This document shows, one piece after another, positions 12,009-26,600 of a DNA stretch of 64,000 nucleotides (its first letter is position 1; each line of letters opens with the position of its first letter). The translations under genes and the position numbers were made by a program. The stretch covers positions 35,588,001-35,652,000 of the forward strand of contig OX597816.1 in assembly GCA_951406725.2 (NCBI GenBank), in the 5' to 3' direction. A model generated the notes under the pieces. It was not told the origin of the DNA. It saw only the letters and a list, made by a program, of their open reading frames with translations, and did no database searches. The stretch is from Octopus vulgaris (taxonomy: Eukaryota).

Positions 12009-12254
12009 CAATGATTGTCAGCCGGTGTCCATATGAATCATGGAGAGCCATAAAAGATTTTGTTGTTCAAATCTATGTGCAATGAACTGCCTGTAATTCT
12101 ACAATACAAGATATATTTAAATATTTTTTGTACAACAAAAATATTTAATCGTGAAAATATGATATAGTTTAGACTTCCAATGGCCATAAGGACCCATTCA
12201 TGAGTGAAATAGGAGTGAAGGGGACCATAAGCAAAAAATGTTTGAGAACCACTG
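12009..12254. mobile_element. hAT (Charlie-like) non-autonomous element
   Basis: Right TIR ttgagaaccactg (= CAGTGGTTCTCAA reversed), degenerate left TIR caatgattgtcag, 8-bp flanks ttttagag / ctttagaa resembling the NTCTAGAN target. Confidence 0.65.
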
Positions 12255-12409
12255 CTTTAGAAAATTGTTTTTTTTTTACTGTTCAATTTAACAGAGTGTT
12301 GATGTGTCAGATTTTACCTACAAAATACCATTATGTCAGGTTACTTGTGCGGTAACACGGAAACCAGTACAATTCAATATAACGTGTGCATGGTCGGGTA
12401 ATCGGTAAC

Positions 12410-12653
<244 letters not shown>

Positions 12654-13875
12654 CTTTGTAGCACAGTATAGGTAAAATTGCACCGGAGTAATTAGTGATC
12701 TGTCAAGTCACAACAAATACATAAAATAGATAATACATTCCTTAAGATGTGCCCTGAGCCCAATAAGGCTGCTTTTTACGAGACATCAATCTTACATGGA
12801 ATTTCCAGTTGCCATAAGAAGTCTTGAAGTTTCAATGGGGTTGATCCCAACGCTCTGATCACCACTGCTATCACGTTTACAATACCTCACCGCATCATAT
12901 AGTCTTACCATTTCCACTATCAATTCGGAGTACTTAGAGATATTTTCACCCTCTTTACTCACAACATTTATATCATTTGGTATTGCTACTTCAATGATCT
13001 GACAGTATTTGTCACTCTTATTCAATATGACAATATCCAGCCGACGCTGTTCGATTACACGATCCGTCTGAAAATCATAGTCCCAGAGTATCGTTACTTT
13101 TCCATCCTCCTGCATGACATTACTTGGTACATTCCCATACCACTTCCCTGTTACTTTATATTGATATTTACGGCATAAGATCCAATGAAGATACACACAC
13201 ATTTTATTGTGGCGGCGCTTGTATTCTTTTTGTGCAAGGCTGTCAAATCCACTTACCGCGTGGGTCACATTTTCCACACTCTTTCCATTCCACAGAGTCT
13301 GCATGCCTGGGTGTCAAAAGTTTTATAGATGTTGTACTTCACTGAATTGGTGCCGAGAGCTTGGTCTTGTGCAGCAATCATCAGACTTTCCGTGGTACGC
13401 TTCAAATCACCTCACTCAAGCCATGCTCACGATGTTGTATTATCCTGAATGCTCTGAGTATTCCTTTCAAACTATCCATGCATTCTCATTTCAAGTTCTT
13501 TCTTTCTCTTCTGAGGTCTTTGGTTAAAATCTTTCTTGCTCATCATTTCATCCGCGTTTATACCCATAACCTTCGTGGCAAATTGCAGGATGTCTAATTG
13601 GTTTGATGCCACCATTATTTTCATATACAGTCTGTTCACGTTTGCTTTAGGGTATAGCATCCCATGCAATGTCATCAACTTGCTCGCCCTTCTATCCAGT
13701 GTTGATATTTCTTCCTTAGTCCATTTGATGGTGGACGCACTATATCTGAACACCACAGCTGCGGTAATCAAATTTTTGATATTCAGGTTGGATTTCAACA
13801 CCATCTTCACCCTTTTTGATATACTTCGCTGACCTTGACTTTCATTTCTCTGTGTAGAATGTCATCCATTCTAAA
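12654..13875 (-). mobile_element. Degraded R4/Dong-like non-LTR retrotransposon 3' fragment (RT end + REL endonuclease)
   Basis: ORF pieces HAVSG..LAQKEYKRRHN, ILWDYDFQTDRVIEQRRLDIVI..IIEVAIP, LDRRASKLMTLHGMLYPKANVNRLY; 3' end abuts (TAA)n; homologous to 43190-44226. Confidence 0.85.
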
Positions 13876-16444
13876 ATCCCTAAATATCTATACTCCGTCG
13901 ATGGTTGTATTTATCTTGTTTTCTTTTGCCTTCCTTCTTGACTATTAGTGTGTCAAAGAGGCACGCAACATCAAATGTATAGCACATGTGGTGAATCTTA
14001 TCGACCTTCTCTATAACCGATCTATTATTATTACTGCTATTATTATTGAAGTCGATTTTGCCTTTCATTTTTTAGGGGTGTATAAATTAAGTACCAATCA
14101 AATATTGGATCGATGAAATCGACTAGTTGCCTCCCCACAAAGTTTCGTGCCTTGTGCCTTTAGTAGAAATGATTAGCATTATTATTAATATTGTTGTTGT
14201 AGTTGGTGTTATCGCTGCTACTAATACTACAAATGCTGCAGCTATTACTACTACTACCACCCCCACCATCAATTACTTTACATGCATATTAGAATAAATG
14301 CATTTTAAAATTCAAACAGAGAACTGTTACGTAGCCTTGTGGCGAGAATTCAGAAGAAAACTTCTTTCTGTATTGAAACGTGTATAAAACGTCTGCGATA
14401 TAAAGTATTACTTAATCTCCATTAACCTATGATTAAGTCATAAATTATTTAGATAGACGCAGATCGGGGCAAAATGGCAAAAGTTTCTTTTTATTTCATG
14501 ATGTAGTAATGAGATAAATGCTTCTTTATTGACCTTTATCAGCACCACCAAGATTAAGGGAATGGAAGACGTTATTCGCAGAGCGTAAACATATCTATAT
14601 TGCTTGCAAGCATATGGAATATATATATACCGACCACTACACGAAATATAATCCCAAGGAACAATAAGGCTCCCTCTGACGTGCTTCCATACAGCTTTCT
14701 GTGACCGAAACTGGCTAACAAGGCTTTAGTCGAAACGAGGCAATGTGGAAAAAGATACTTGCGCAAAGTACTGGGCATTTAATTATCTTGCTACGAAGTA
14801 GATATATGAATCTTTCAATAATACATCTATAAAATGAGTTAAGATAAAATTATACCAGTGATTTCAAATCTCATTGTCGTTCCAAGAATTCTATTCATGA
14901 GATATGTCCCAAATTTATTCTAAGTTTTACTGAAATTTATTCAAACACGTTTTTGGTTCACAATAACAGTAAACGTGTTTCAATAAAATATATATTTCCC
15001 TTCATTTGAGTGTACTTTAGGATTACTGACTTTATTTTATTGTTTTAATTATTGATTATGTCTTAATCGTATATGTCACACCTCCTCAGTGTAATGTAGC
15101 AATAAGTGTCATGATTTAATATTATCAAAATATATATTTGATTTCATTAGTGGTTTATAAATACATTGGAGGCGTAACACAACTAAATATTCTCTAATTA
15201 GGTAAGGTCACAGGATAGCAAACTAGATGCTGATTAATAACTTGGGTCTTAATTTAAAAGTATGGAGAAGATTAAATTCAGGGTATTGGCTTTTATACTT
15301 GTTCAAAGAACACCATATTCCTAACTTGGTAAAAGGTAGCTATTATTGTCTTTTGATGTAAATTTACAATGGCTGTTCCAATTAAAAAGAAAAAAAAGGA
15401 AGAAATAAAAAGACATACACAAAAAATGCATAGCCATTATTTACAGTTACGCATACATTAATGTACATGAGAAAGTGACGCATACATAAAGAAATACGTT
15501 ATGTATTATTTTCCTCTAGCTATATGTATGTGTGTGTGTGTGCGTGTATCTGTACGTATGTGTGTACGTGTGTATCCCTAAGGTATATACATGCAGATAT
15601 ACGCGCATTCATTCCTACACGCACGCATATACACATATTAAAGTGTTTATCTTTTTCCATTCGTGTGTAGAACTAAATCTACAATTCTGAAAAGCTTCTG
15701 TTTTATTTTCATTCCTCTTTTCTTAATTTATTTCTTCCTTCCTCGTTCAATTGATATAACCATTATAAATATACACCGAGAAAAAATAGCTAGGCTTTAG
15801 GAATTCCTATTTTCATCCAGAACAATAGCCAAACACTAAAGTTTTCTAGTCTATTAAAAGCAAGGAAGAATAGATTTCTATTAAGTCCTCGAAACATACA
15901 GATGCAGGAAATGCCGCTAAGCATTTTACCCGGCGTTCTAAAGGTTCTGCCAGCTTGCCGCCTTATAAATTATACATATTAACATCAATTTTCTTTTACA
16001 ATTCCTACATCTCTAACGTAGTGTTCAAATAAAGTATTAAGTGTTTTCTTGCTTCTATCATGAAAAGTAACCTAGCCTAGGTAAAAATCAGTGTATACGC
16101 ATGAAGATTTGATCTAGTAATCATATCTATCTACTCGGTCTGACATTTTAGATGTCAATGTGAATTAATGTTAAGCTCTTATCAATGTTTGCCATGTAAA
16201 TACAAATATACTCTCAATCACCAAAACTATAAACAATTTAAACGGTGATATGTATATATATTAACATTTATTTACCATGTGTCGATCGCGTGTAAAACAA
16301 GAAAGTAAACACACGACATATAGAAACCTTATTTACAAAAACCAAACACGCATATATATGTGTATGTTTTCTTTATATCATCTGTCTGGATGTTTTGTGT
16401 TCTTGTCCCATTTTTTGCATTTTTTATATAAAAATATACATATA

Positions 16445-16751
<307 letters not shown>

Positions 16752-16793
16752 ACACATGCATATATATATATACACACATACATATATATATAT

Positions 16794-16823
16794 ATTTTAT
16801 CCTTTTTATTATATTCTACACAT

Positions 16824-16875
<52 letters not shown>

Positions 16876-17672
16876 AGAATATAATAAAAAGGATAAAATT
16901 GCGTTAATGGCGTTTATCAGGTAGTAAGCATGGTATAAAAATTTATAGGTAATTTATACTTTAAATGAATTATTATATACATAGTATATAATTATATTAA
17001 GGGAGCAGGAGCGAAATCATGTTCAAAGTGCTGAGGCACTGAAAAACTACCAAAACACATGACTGGAATCGGGCTAGTGAAAAAGTATTAAATAGACTTC
17101 ACGTTAATTGTGAATTGGGTCTAATTTCTGAATTAAAACCATAAAAAGAAGCTTTCTTCCTTCGTGAACAAAATGCACGGGAAATGCATACCGTACACAG
17201 CAGATTCGCACGTTTACATATATCTACACGTATAAATCCAAGATAAGTCAAATTTAAATCCTTTCCCCACAGCCACGTGTATATTATCAAAATAGCCCCG
17301 AGAGAAATGCTATTCCGATCAAGAGTAAAAAGAATTAAATTATTTTATTTCACTTACAAATTCGTAACGGAAAATAAGGATAAAATCACCTTAATAATGT
17401 TTATCAGGTAGTCAGCATGCTATGAAAATTTACAGGTAATTTATATATTAAATTAATATTTGTATACATAAGCATATGTAATCTGGAAAATTTTGTACTT
17501 TTTGAGTAACACAGCACTTGAAGCATGTTCGTGATTTATCGTTTTCCCCTTGGTCCCTCAATATAGTTATATACATATGTATATAATTATTAATTTAAAG
17601 TATAAATTACCTATAAATTTTTATAGCATGCTGACTACCTGATAAAAATCATTAACATGATTTTATCCCTAA
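16794..17672. repeat. Nested inverted/direct copies of a ~110-bp terminal sequence (foldback/MITE-like)
   Basis: aggataaaat..tttatcaggtagt.agcatg.tat.aaaattta.aggtaatttata at 16890-16970 and 17375-17460, inverted at 17560-17670; 29-bp inverted pair 16794-16822 / 16871-16899. Confidence 0.7.
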
Positions 17673-17704
17673 ATATATATAATTATATAATTATATAATT
17701 ATAT

Positions 17705-17791
<87 letters not shown>

Positions 17792-17901
17792 AATAGATAG
17801 ATACATACATACATACATACATACATACATACATACATACATACATACATACATACATACGCAGACAGACAGACAGATAGATAGAAAGATAGCTAGATAG
17901 C

Positions 17902-17982
<81 letters not shown>
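17705..17982. repeat. Compound (TAGA)n-(TACA)n-(CAGA)n microsatellite
   Basis: Direct reading. Confidence 0.95.
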
Positions 17983-17984
<2 letters not shown>

Positions 17985-18054
17985 AGAGACAAAAATTACT
18001 TGGAAACGGATGCGTGGCGTTCGATCATATATTAATATAAATACTATATAAATA

Positions 18055-18300
18055 TGTTGTGTCGACGCCCCCCAGACGATTAAGTAGGCTAGCCCAATAG
18101 ATAGATATAGAGGAGGAAGTCTAGACGTCATCAGAATAGAGCAGAGCTGAATAGAGGTCATCCGACCGTGCAACATAACAGTTGCGACGAGGATAAGATG
18201 CTCACCACTGTGTAGTATTGAGATATAACATTGGCGACGAGGTTTCGAATAGTAACGAAATGGAAGAGTTACTGAAAGCAGTTTTAAAACAACAAGAGTG
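18055..18300 (+). mobile_element. Ty3/gypsy (Mag-like) 5' LTR + PBS + start of gag, truncated
   Basis: TGTTGTGTC(18055)...GATATAACA(18230) termini, followed by TGGCGACGAGG (complementary to tRNA-Ser(GCT) 3' end), then ATG 18260 MEELLKAVLKQQE. Confidence 0.65.
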
Positions 18301-18418
18301 ACGGTGAGAGTGAAGTAGAATTGAGACAGGCATCCGAACGTGCGACATAACAAAATATATTCATATATACATGCATATACGTGCATACCTACATATATAA
18401 GTATATATACATGCATAA

Positions 18419-19200
18419 TGGGTACACGACATAAAAAAAAAACGTTGAACCTAATGAGAAACGTAAATATAAATACAAAAACATAGAAAACGAACTTTTT
18501 TCGAACAACGAAACAATAAGAAAAACAGAGAAACGAGACGATCAACATAAAGAACATTCCCCTTCATCAGTTGTCCCTGTTTCAACTACTCCGCGTTGAA
18601 AATACGCGCAAGGAAAATACGCGCCCTTGTTGAAACAGTCCTTCCCGCAAAGCAAATTAAATAAAATTGGGGATTTTTTGCTGAGGGTGAAAGTGGTAAC
18701 AAGAACAGGACAGTGAAGACAAGACAGTAGAAACAAACGGAGTGGGCTGTTAAGCCAAGACGATAGAAAAGTATTATGAACGCTAGGAATAAGAGCTTAT
18801 GAAAAGAGACAGGTAAAAGCTGTCTTTATGAAGGATACGGGCAGAAAGATAGATTTCCTTTCGTCACATGTCAGTGACGAGAGAGTCAAGGAGGAAGAGT
18901 GAGAGAGAGGTAACGGTGAATAGGAGAGGAGAAGAATAGGGAAGGGTGGGAGAGAAAACCACAAATGAAGAAGAACAAGAGAGGGAGAGGGATAGACAGA
19001 GAAAAGATAGTAGAGATAGTTGAAGAACAAGAGAAGGAGAGAGATAGACAGAGAAGCGATAGTAGAGATAGAAGAGTGCGCATCGTAATTATTAAGATAA
19101 AACTTACTTGGAAAAGGAGGCGTGACGTTGGTCATATAATAATATATATAATATATAAAAATATGCATATATACTTACATATATGTACATAACTACATAT

Positions 19201-19236
<36 letters not shown>

Positions 19237-19350
19237 ATGCTTATATGGGTACAGGACATCAAAATATCGTTGAAGACAATGAAAAGCGAAAACATATAAA
19301 CAAAAACAGGAAACGAGCTCTTTTCGAACGACGAAAAAAACAGAGAAACG
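18419..19350 (-). mobile_element. Non-coding repeat with ~110-bp diverged direct terminal repeats and GA-rich body (PLE-derivative-like)
   Basis: atgggtaca.gacat.aaaa..cgttgaa...acagagaaacg...atcaac at 18419-18546 and 19245-19360; partial-tandem layout; isolated CTGATGA on minus strand. Confidence 0.5.
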
Positions 19351-19389
19351 GGAAATCAACCCCCCTCCATATATATATATATGTATCTA

Positions 19390-19438
<49 letters not shown>

Positions 19439-19744
19439 GTTATCGTCACTGTCTACAATTTTGTCCCAATTGATTTCAAATTTGATATATCGATTAAGTT
19501 TTGTAAACTAATTATGAATTTATTTTTCCTATAAATTCATAATTAAAAAGTTATTACCCTTTAAAATTTGCTAAATTTGAGTATTTTACCCAATCAGAAG
19601 CGAATATTTTACACATCACCGTCGAGTTTCGTTTGCATATTTAAATAAAGCACCATGAGTTCCATAGCTGATTCCGAATGTTTCTATTTCCATAGTAACC
19701 GAAAATGCTGCACATACGCACATGGAGTGTAACAACTAAATTGA

Positions 19745-19855
19745 GTGTAATCAACAAATTGAGATACCTGAGGATTTTAAAAGCGCCAGTGTGAGACACA
19801 CCGTTCCATGGTTGACCCTTGTCTTTCTGAATTTATGTGGAGGAGGAGATACGAG
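19745..19855 (+). pseudogene. Merlin/IS1016-like transposase C-terminal remnant
   Basis: Translation RQCETHRSMVDPCLSEFMWRRRY, preceded by NQQIE, resembles the Merlin Q.IE.W...G....YL.EF.WR terminus. Confidence 0.45.
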
Positions 19856-20149
19856 AAAGATAATTTATTTTACAAAATCCTAGAGTGAACTTCACATTTT
19901 TGTTCTTGTATATTTTAAGTATATTTTAAGCAATATTTTAACTGTTTATTCGAGCAACACCTGCTGGTTTACTCGTAGCTTTTAAATATTTAATTTGCTC
20001 ACGAATCTTTTATTGTTTTCGCTGTTTTACTTTGCTCATGTATATTTTAATATTTTGACTATTATTTCTAGCAACTCCTGCAGGTTTCATCGTAGCTTTT
20101 AAATTAATTATTATATACATATTCATCGTAGCTTTTAAAATCTTTTATT

Positions 20150-21296
<1,147 letters not shown>

Positions 21297-21298
21297 AT

Positions 21299-21387
21299 TG
21301 GCACCTCCGACGGGACCCGAACCCGCAATTCCCAGCTTACTTCTACCACCATGAGGGCATATTAGGAGGCCGGTGCCTTATCCATTA
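21299..21387 (-). pseudogene. 5'-truncated tRNA-Arg(CCT) retropseudogene with 25-nt intron and encoded CCA
   Basis: Minus: TAATGGATAAGGCA-CCGGC-CT-CCT-A[ATATGCCCTCATGGTGGTAGAAGTA]A-GCTGG-GAATT-GCGGG-TTCGGGT-CCCGT-CGGAGGT-G-CCA; first ~12 nt absent; anticodon 21364-21366, intron 21338-21362. Confidence 0.85.
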
Positions 21388-22039
21388 ATTTGTTCTAGAA
21401 TCTGTTAATGTTTTCACGGTTTACTTTAATGTTTTGACTTTCTGTTTCCCCACACGCGCACACACACGCTTCTCGCTACTGTGACAGATGTTGGTAGAAG
21501 CAGTGAACGCGTTGTTTTCTGATTGGTTGAAAATCCTGAAAATTATCTCATTTTGAACATCTGTAGCATTTTTGCAAAATTTTTTTCTGGAATTCATGAA
21601 AAACAAATTCCGATTCGGCGTCAAAGATTACATCTATATGATGTATTAACATCTAATTTTTTTAAAGATTTCGACATGCAGTTACGATAACCACAAAGAT
21701 CCAAAAAAATACTCTCTCACTCCTTCCATGTATATACATGTATGTGTGCATGTGTATGCATGTGTGTGCGTCTGTGTGTGTCTGTGTATCAGTGATTGTA
21801 TCTGTGTGGTTATGTGCGTGTGTGTATGTATGTGTTGGTGTACTTGCGCGTCTCTCGTCTTTTTATGCTCATAAAAAGGAGAGTAACATAGTGCGTTCGT
21901 GAATGTGCGCATTTCTCTGCGTGCATTTATTTAACTATGCATATATTGTGCGAAACAGAGCAGAAAGCTGAACAGCTGAAATACGGTTTAATATTTCAAA
22001 GTATCACTGACGCTGAATTTTGAAATATCATATAATCTT

Positions 22040-22475
22040 ATAATAATGATAATAATAATAATAATAATAATGAAATTATTGTATACAGTGCTCAACTTGT
22101 CAGAAAGTGCATATAAAGTACATGCAGTAATGTAGAAATGTCTGGAAAGCGAACAATGTATGAGTCGGATACATGCTTGTGTGTGTATGGAGGGGAGAAA
22201 ATCAAGTGTAGTGTTGGCGAATCTCAGGAAGCATGGAAGTTTTGAAGGATGCAGTGCTCCGACAACTAACAACTGATGCCGGAAGTTTGTTCCATGCTTC
22301 AGCAACTCTCAGCGTGAAAAAATGTTTCCTGAAGTCATGGGAGCTGTGCTGTTTTCTTACTTTGTAAATATGTCCACTGGTGTTAGACGGGTGGAGTTGA
22401 AAAGGTGCTCAGAGTTATTGTTGATAATTTTATGGGTGTCTGCCAAGTCAGCTGCCAAACGTCGGAGTTTCAATC
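22040..22475 (-). mobile_element. CR1-like LINE 3' end
   Basis: Across a frameshift: LKLRRLAADLADTHKII...TSGHIYKVRKQHSSHDFRKHFFTLRVAEAWNKLPASVVSC...FK; (ATT)n tail. Confidence 0.8.
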
Positions 22476-22699
22476 TTATGCTACTCATGCATGGAAAAAT
22501 TAAAAGGATGACTTCTGGTGGATACGTTTACGTTTTGTTGACAACTTATCAAAATAACACAAAGATGGTTGTCCCCTCCAATCAGTAGCAAAGATCTACT
22601 GTGTGTAGAACACTCATGAATTAGGCAAGTAATATATACATATATGTGCATGTATGTATGTATACGTCATTAAATTCGCATTTAATACAATAATAAATT

Positions 22700-22960
22700 G
22701 GGTGGTTTTGGGGTGTTAGGTGATGCCCGTGATGGTGCTTCGCTTTTCCAACCCCTTATCCTCGCCATCACCCGTGGCAATACTGCGGGTGTGCTGGTTT
22801 GCTTCAATAGGTTCAGTTGAACCTTGTAGTGTGCGATCAATCGAAACATTTGGTGCTGTTGATGCATTTTTCTTTCTTTTCTTTCTCCTTTTTCCTTGCT
22901 ATTTTACATTTCTTTGTCTCTCTTTTGTAAAATATATTCCTCTTCATACTTTGAATAGAA
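22700..22960 (+). mobile_element. CRE-clade-like non-LTR retrotransposon 3' remnant
   Basis: LGDARDGASLFQPLILAITRGNTAGVL (22716-22796) resembles the REL C-terminal LFQRLS.AI.RGNA..VL motif. Confidence 0.5.
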
Positions 22961-23132
22961 ATCTGCAACTTAGCTGATAAATGTATACCTTTTTATTCAG
23001 TCACAAAGAGATTATGTATGTGTGCGTGTGTGTTTGTGTGTAATGAATATTTATATCAATGTATGAGTGGATGCTTGTGCTTATATTTTAGATGTCATTG
23101 TATGGCATACTGAGCAATATTCCGCTTGGTAC

Positions 23133-23602
23133 AAAGCGGCGAGCTGGCAGAAACGTTAGCACGCCGGGCGAAATGCTTAGCGGTATTTCGTCTGCCGTTA
23201 CGTTCTCAGTTCAAATTCCGCCGAGGTCGACTTTACCTTTCAACCATTCGGGGTCGATAAATTAAGTACCAGTTACGCAATGGGGTCGATGTAATCGCCT
23301 TAATGCCTTTGTCTGTCCTTGTTTTTTCCATCTATGTTTAGTCCCTTGCGGGCAATAAAGAAATAAGAAACATTAGCATGCCGGACGAAATGCTTAACGA
23401 TATTTCGTATATCTTTAGGTTCTAAGTTCCCCCGAGGTCGACTTTGCCTTTCATCCTTTCGGGATTGATAAATTAAGTACCAGTTGCGTACTGGGGTCTA
23501 CCTAATCAGCTGGTCCCCTCTCCCAAAATTTCGGGCCTTGTGCCTAGCGTAGAAAATAAATGTTAGCACGCCGGGCGAAATGCTTGACGGTATTTTGCCT
23601 GT
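23133..23602 (+). mobile_element. Tandem array of tRNA-derived SINEs with Meta/MESC-like core
   Basis: Three successive heads gttagcacgccgggcgaaatgctt; core gtcgactttgcctttcatcctttcggggtcgataaattaagtaccag; first unit ends ...cccttgcgggcaataaagaaata. Confidence 0.8.
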
Positions 23603-26600
23603 TTGTTATTGAAAATTTATTGTCGGAGTGTGTTCGTAAAGTAGATTTCTGTTAATTGTTATATTGTTATATTTCTTGTTGTGCCTAATGCTGGACTTAT
23701 TGTTTAAAAAATGTATTATAGTTTTCTTTCGAAAGCCATCTGTGGTTTTCCCCCGTGGGGGAAAACATTAATTGCCGGCAAGATGTCGAAAAGTGTCTTC
23801 GCCGGGTGAAGATTCATCGACCCAGCGGGAAGCGAGGAAAATAGAAAGTTTAATTTTTGATAACATTTCTGATGTTTCGGAAACTGAATTCCCCGCATTA
23901 CCAAAAGTTACGGGTACCAAAAGAAATATAGAATCGAAGGACATTCAAAATGAAGAACGAAATAGTTTTGCGTTAGCAGCTGGTAGTGAAATGCGACAGC
24001 TGTCAACTGACAAAAAGACAATTATTAAAATACAATGAAATAATAACGGCACGAGATGGAGTGGTAAAAGTAGAAATACCAAAAGAACAATTAACGGAAG
24101 AAAAAAAGAAAATTATTATTTTTAAGACATTCTACTTAAAAGCTCGAAAAATTGACAAGATATGTGAGCGAAAAAAGTTTAAAACACATCTGGCAGGACA
24201 TTATATACCTAGCCAGAGGGAAGAAGTTTGGAACCATCGAGTTGAGGTTCAAGAACGCAGAAACGGCACAACAACACTCTGTAAAATCATTAGAGTTGGA
24301 AGTCACATTATTTATCCCAATTTACATAGGAATGAGAACATCGAAGTTTAGAATACCAAACGTTCCACCCGGAGTAAAACCTATGTGCATGATGGCGGCA
24401 GTCCTGTCAAACAGGGAGGATAACATAAACCTCCTGCAGGTTACGTCACAGAGAATACATATTGCTCTGGACAAACTCCCAATCTGTTACTGCAAGCAGA
24501 GCAGAACTTTTAGAACAGCTCGCAGAAATAGTAGAAGTAAGGGAGGAAGTTCTGAATAGTTTTGTTTAGGGGCGTAAGTCCCGCTGTTTCCAGTGTGGCC
24601 CTGTGGGTCACATTAAAAAATATTGTAAAGAAGGTGAAGAAGAATCGGACGTTGAAGAGGAAGAATGAGAGAGAGGGTAACTGAAGGAAAAATGAACAAA
24701 AAAAGAAAAATGGAAGGCTCGAACCAGCAAAAGCAGAACGAGCCGAGACAATAAAAGACAGCCCAGAGAGACAGACCGAGGATGGCGGAAGAAGAGACGA
24801 ACAGGGGAATAGTTGCACTACACAGCGAAAATGAGGACTTAATGCGTGATATAAAAACGAAAAAATCAGCCACTAGGCTTATTGAACTATCAGACAAATA
24901 TAAACTTTATGAATTTTACGAAGTGGACAAAAAACATATAATATCTTGTGTAACACGTATAGAAAATCGGTCTCATCATTGGGATTTAATTTTGCTCAAT
25001 CTATATATGAAGGCTTGCCACCTCCGACCCTAAGTCAAGAAAAAGTGGAGAGTACCTTCCACAGGACGCCCCGATCTAAAAGTGACGTTGTCTATTCACA
25101 TTGGTTGTATAAATGTCAGTGGCCTGATGTCGAGTTGGAAGCAAGAGCTCTTCCTAAATGACATCATGTCAAGAAATTTGGATGTAATTGTTGCAACGGA
25201 AACCCGGGTGCAGGAGACAAGATATATTCCCCCTCCTGAACGGCTACGAGAAATACGTTTCTACAAGTCGGGCGGGTGGCGGGGCGGTGTGTTGATCCTA
25301 CTAAAAAGAAAGCGGGTAACCGAGAAAAGGTTGTTTTTTATGATCTAGAAAATAGGCTTGTCGTTCTCTGCCTGACGTTCAGATATGGCAAGACAATCAG
25401 GCTGGTTGCAATTTATGCACCCAAAGTTATGGGTCCGCAAAGTGAGGGCAAGTTCATGCCCACGTTGCATTCGCTAGTAGCATTCGCTAGTATTGATGGG
25501 AGACTTTAACACAATTTATGACGCACACACAGAATGTGTTGGCTCGAACATGAATAGAAAATGTAACCCTGGCTTTCGGGATCTGCTGAGTTACATTCAA
25601 CTGCCAGATCCATATAGGTTAGAACATCCAAACACTCCTCAGTGGACGTGATCAAATAGTGATGTGTCTTCCAGAACATATATAGATAGGGTGTTAATTA
25701 GAAAAACAGATAAATGCACAGCTAAGTGTCAATAGTTTCATCTAGTTAGCTACAGTGATCACAAGATGGTTACCTGTAAACTGACAGCAGATAAGTTACA
25801 TAGACAGGGATCTCGCTATTGGAAACTCAATACGTCCATTTTGGTGATTGATGAGTACAGAAAGCAGATCATGAATTTAATTCAGAGGGCATTGACAGAT
25901 ACAGATACCATTATAAATAATAAATGGTGGTACACCCTTAAAGGAGCCATGAAATATGAGTCTATTAGGTTTAGCATAAGTTTAGCTAAGAAGAGACGTA
26001 GAATAAGAGATGGTATAGTTAAGGAAATAGAAGAAGCTTTGGGGTCTGGTAATGCGGACCAAGTGAAAGGGAAGAGACTGGAGTTGAATCAGTATCTTGA
26101 AACCCAACACATGGGAATAATTACTAGAGCTAAGTTACCTGCGATGGGAAGTGAAGGAATCAATGTCGCTGGATGAGCCCGAGTGGTGGAAGCTCGACAA
26201 GGAAACAGTTCCACTATTCGGTCTATGACGAACTGAAATGGTGTCTTGGTTAATGAACCGGAGGAAATTTGTGAGGCATTTCGGGAGTACTTCGTCCAGC
26301 TGTTGGGGGAAGAGTGATGGCGGGTCTGATGGTAGGGACGTCCTCGAGGACTTTCTTGCCGGGCTACCATGCATCTCGGTGTCGGATGCAGAGGCTTGCG
26401 AGGGGCCGATCACGCCTGGGGAGGTGACGGAGGTTATAGCTGACTGTATAGCGGGTAAGTCGCCGGGATTTGATGGTTTTCTTTACGAGCTATATAAATG
26501 TATGCCAGAATTATTCGGGCACCTACTGGCTAGCGTGTACGCGAACAGGCAATAGAAAGGGTTTATCCCCAGATCTGTGCGCCGAGGAGTGAGGACGTTG

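Noticed and set aside
17015-17195. AGTGC-tgag-GCACT-GAAA hairpin and GTGAACA..GAAA-TGCA-TA
   Set aside because: Missing core in the first and missing stems I/II in the second; not conserved in the inverted copy.
18560-18630. Isolated CTGATGA (minus) beside a 10-bp hairpin ctgtttcaac/gttgaaacag
   Set aside because: No correctly placed GAAA, stem II and NUH; cannot build a hammerhead or twister.
23133-23602. Repeated units that could be mistaken for a CRISPR-like array
   Set aside because: Units are diverged SINE copies without constant repeat/unique spacer structure; eukaryotic context and no cas genes.
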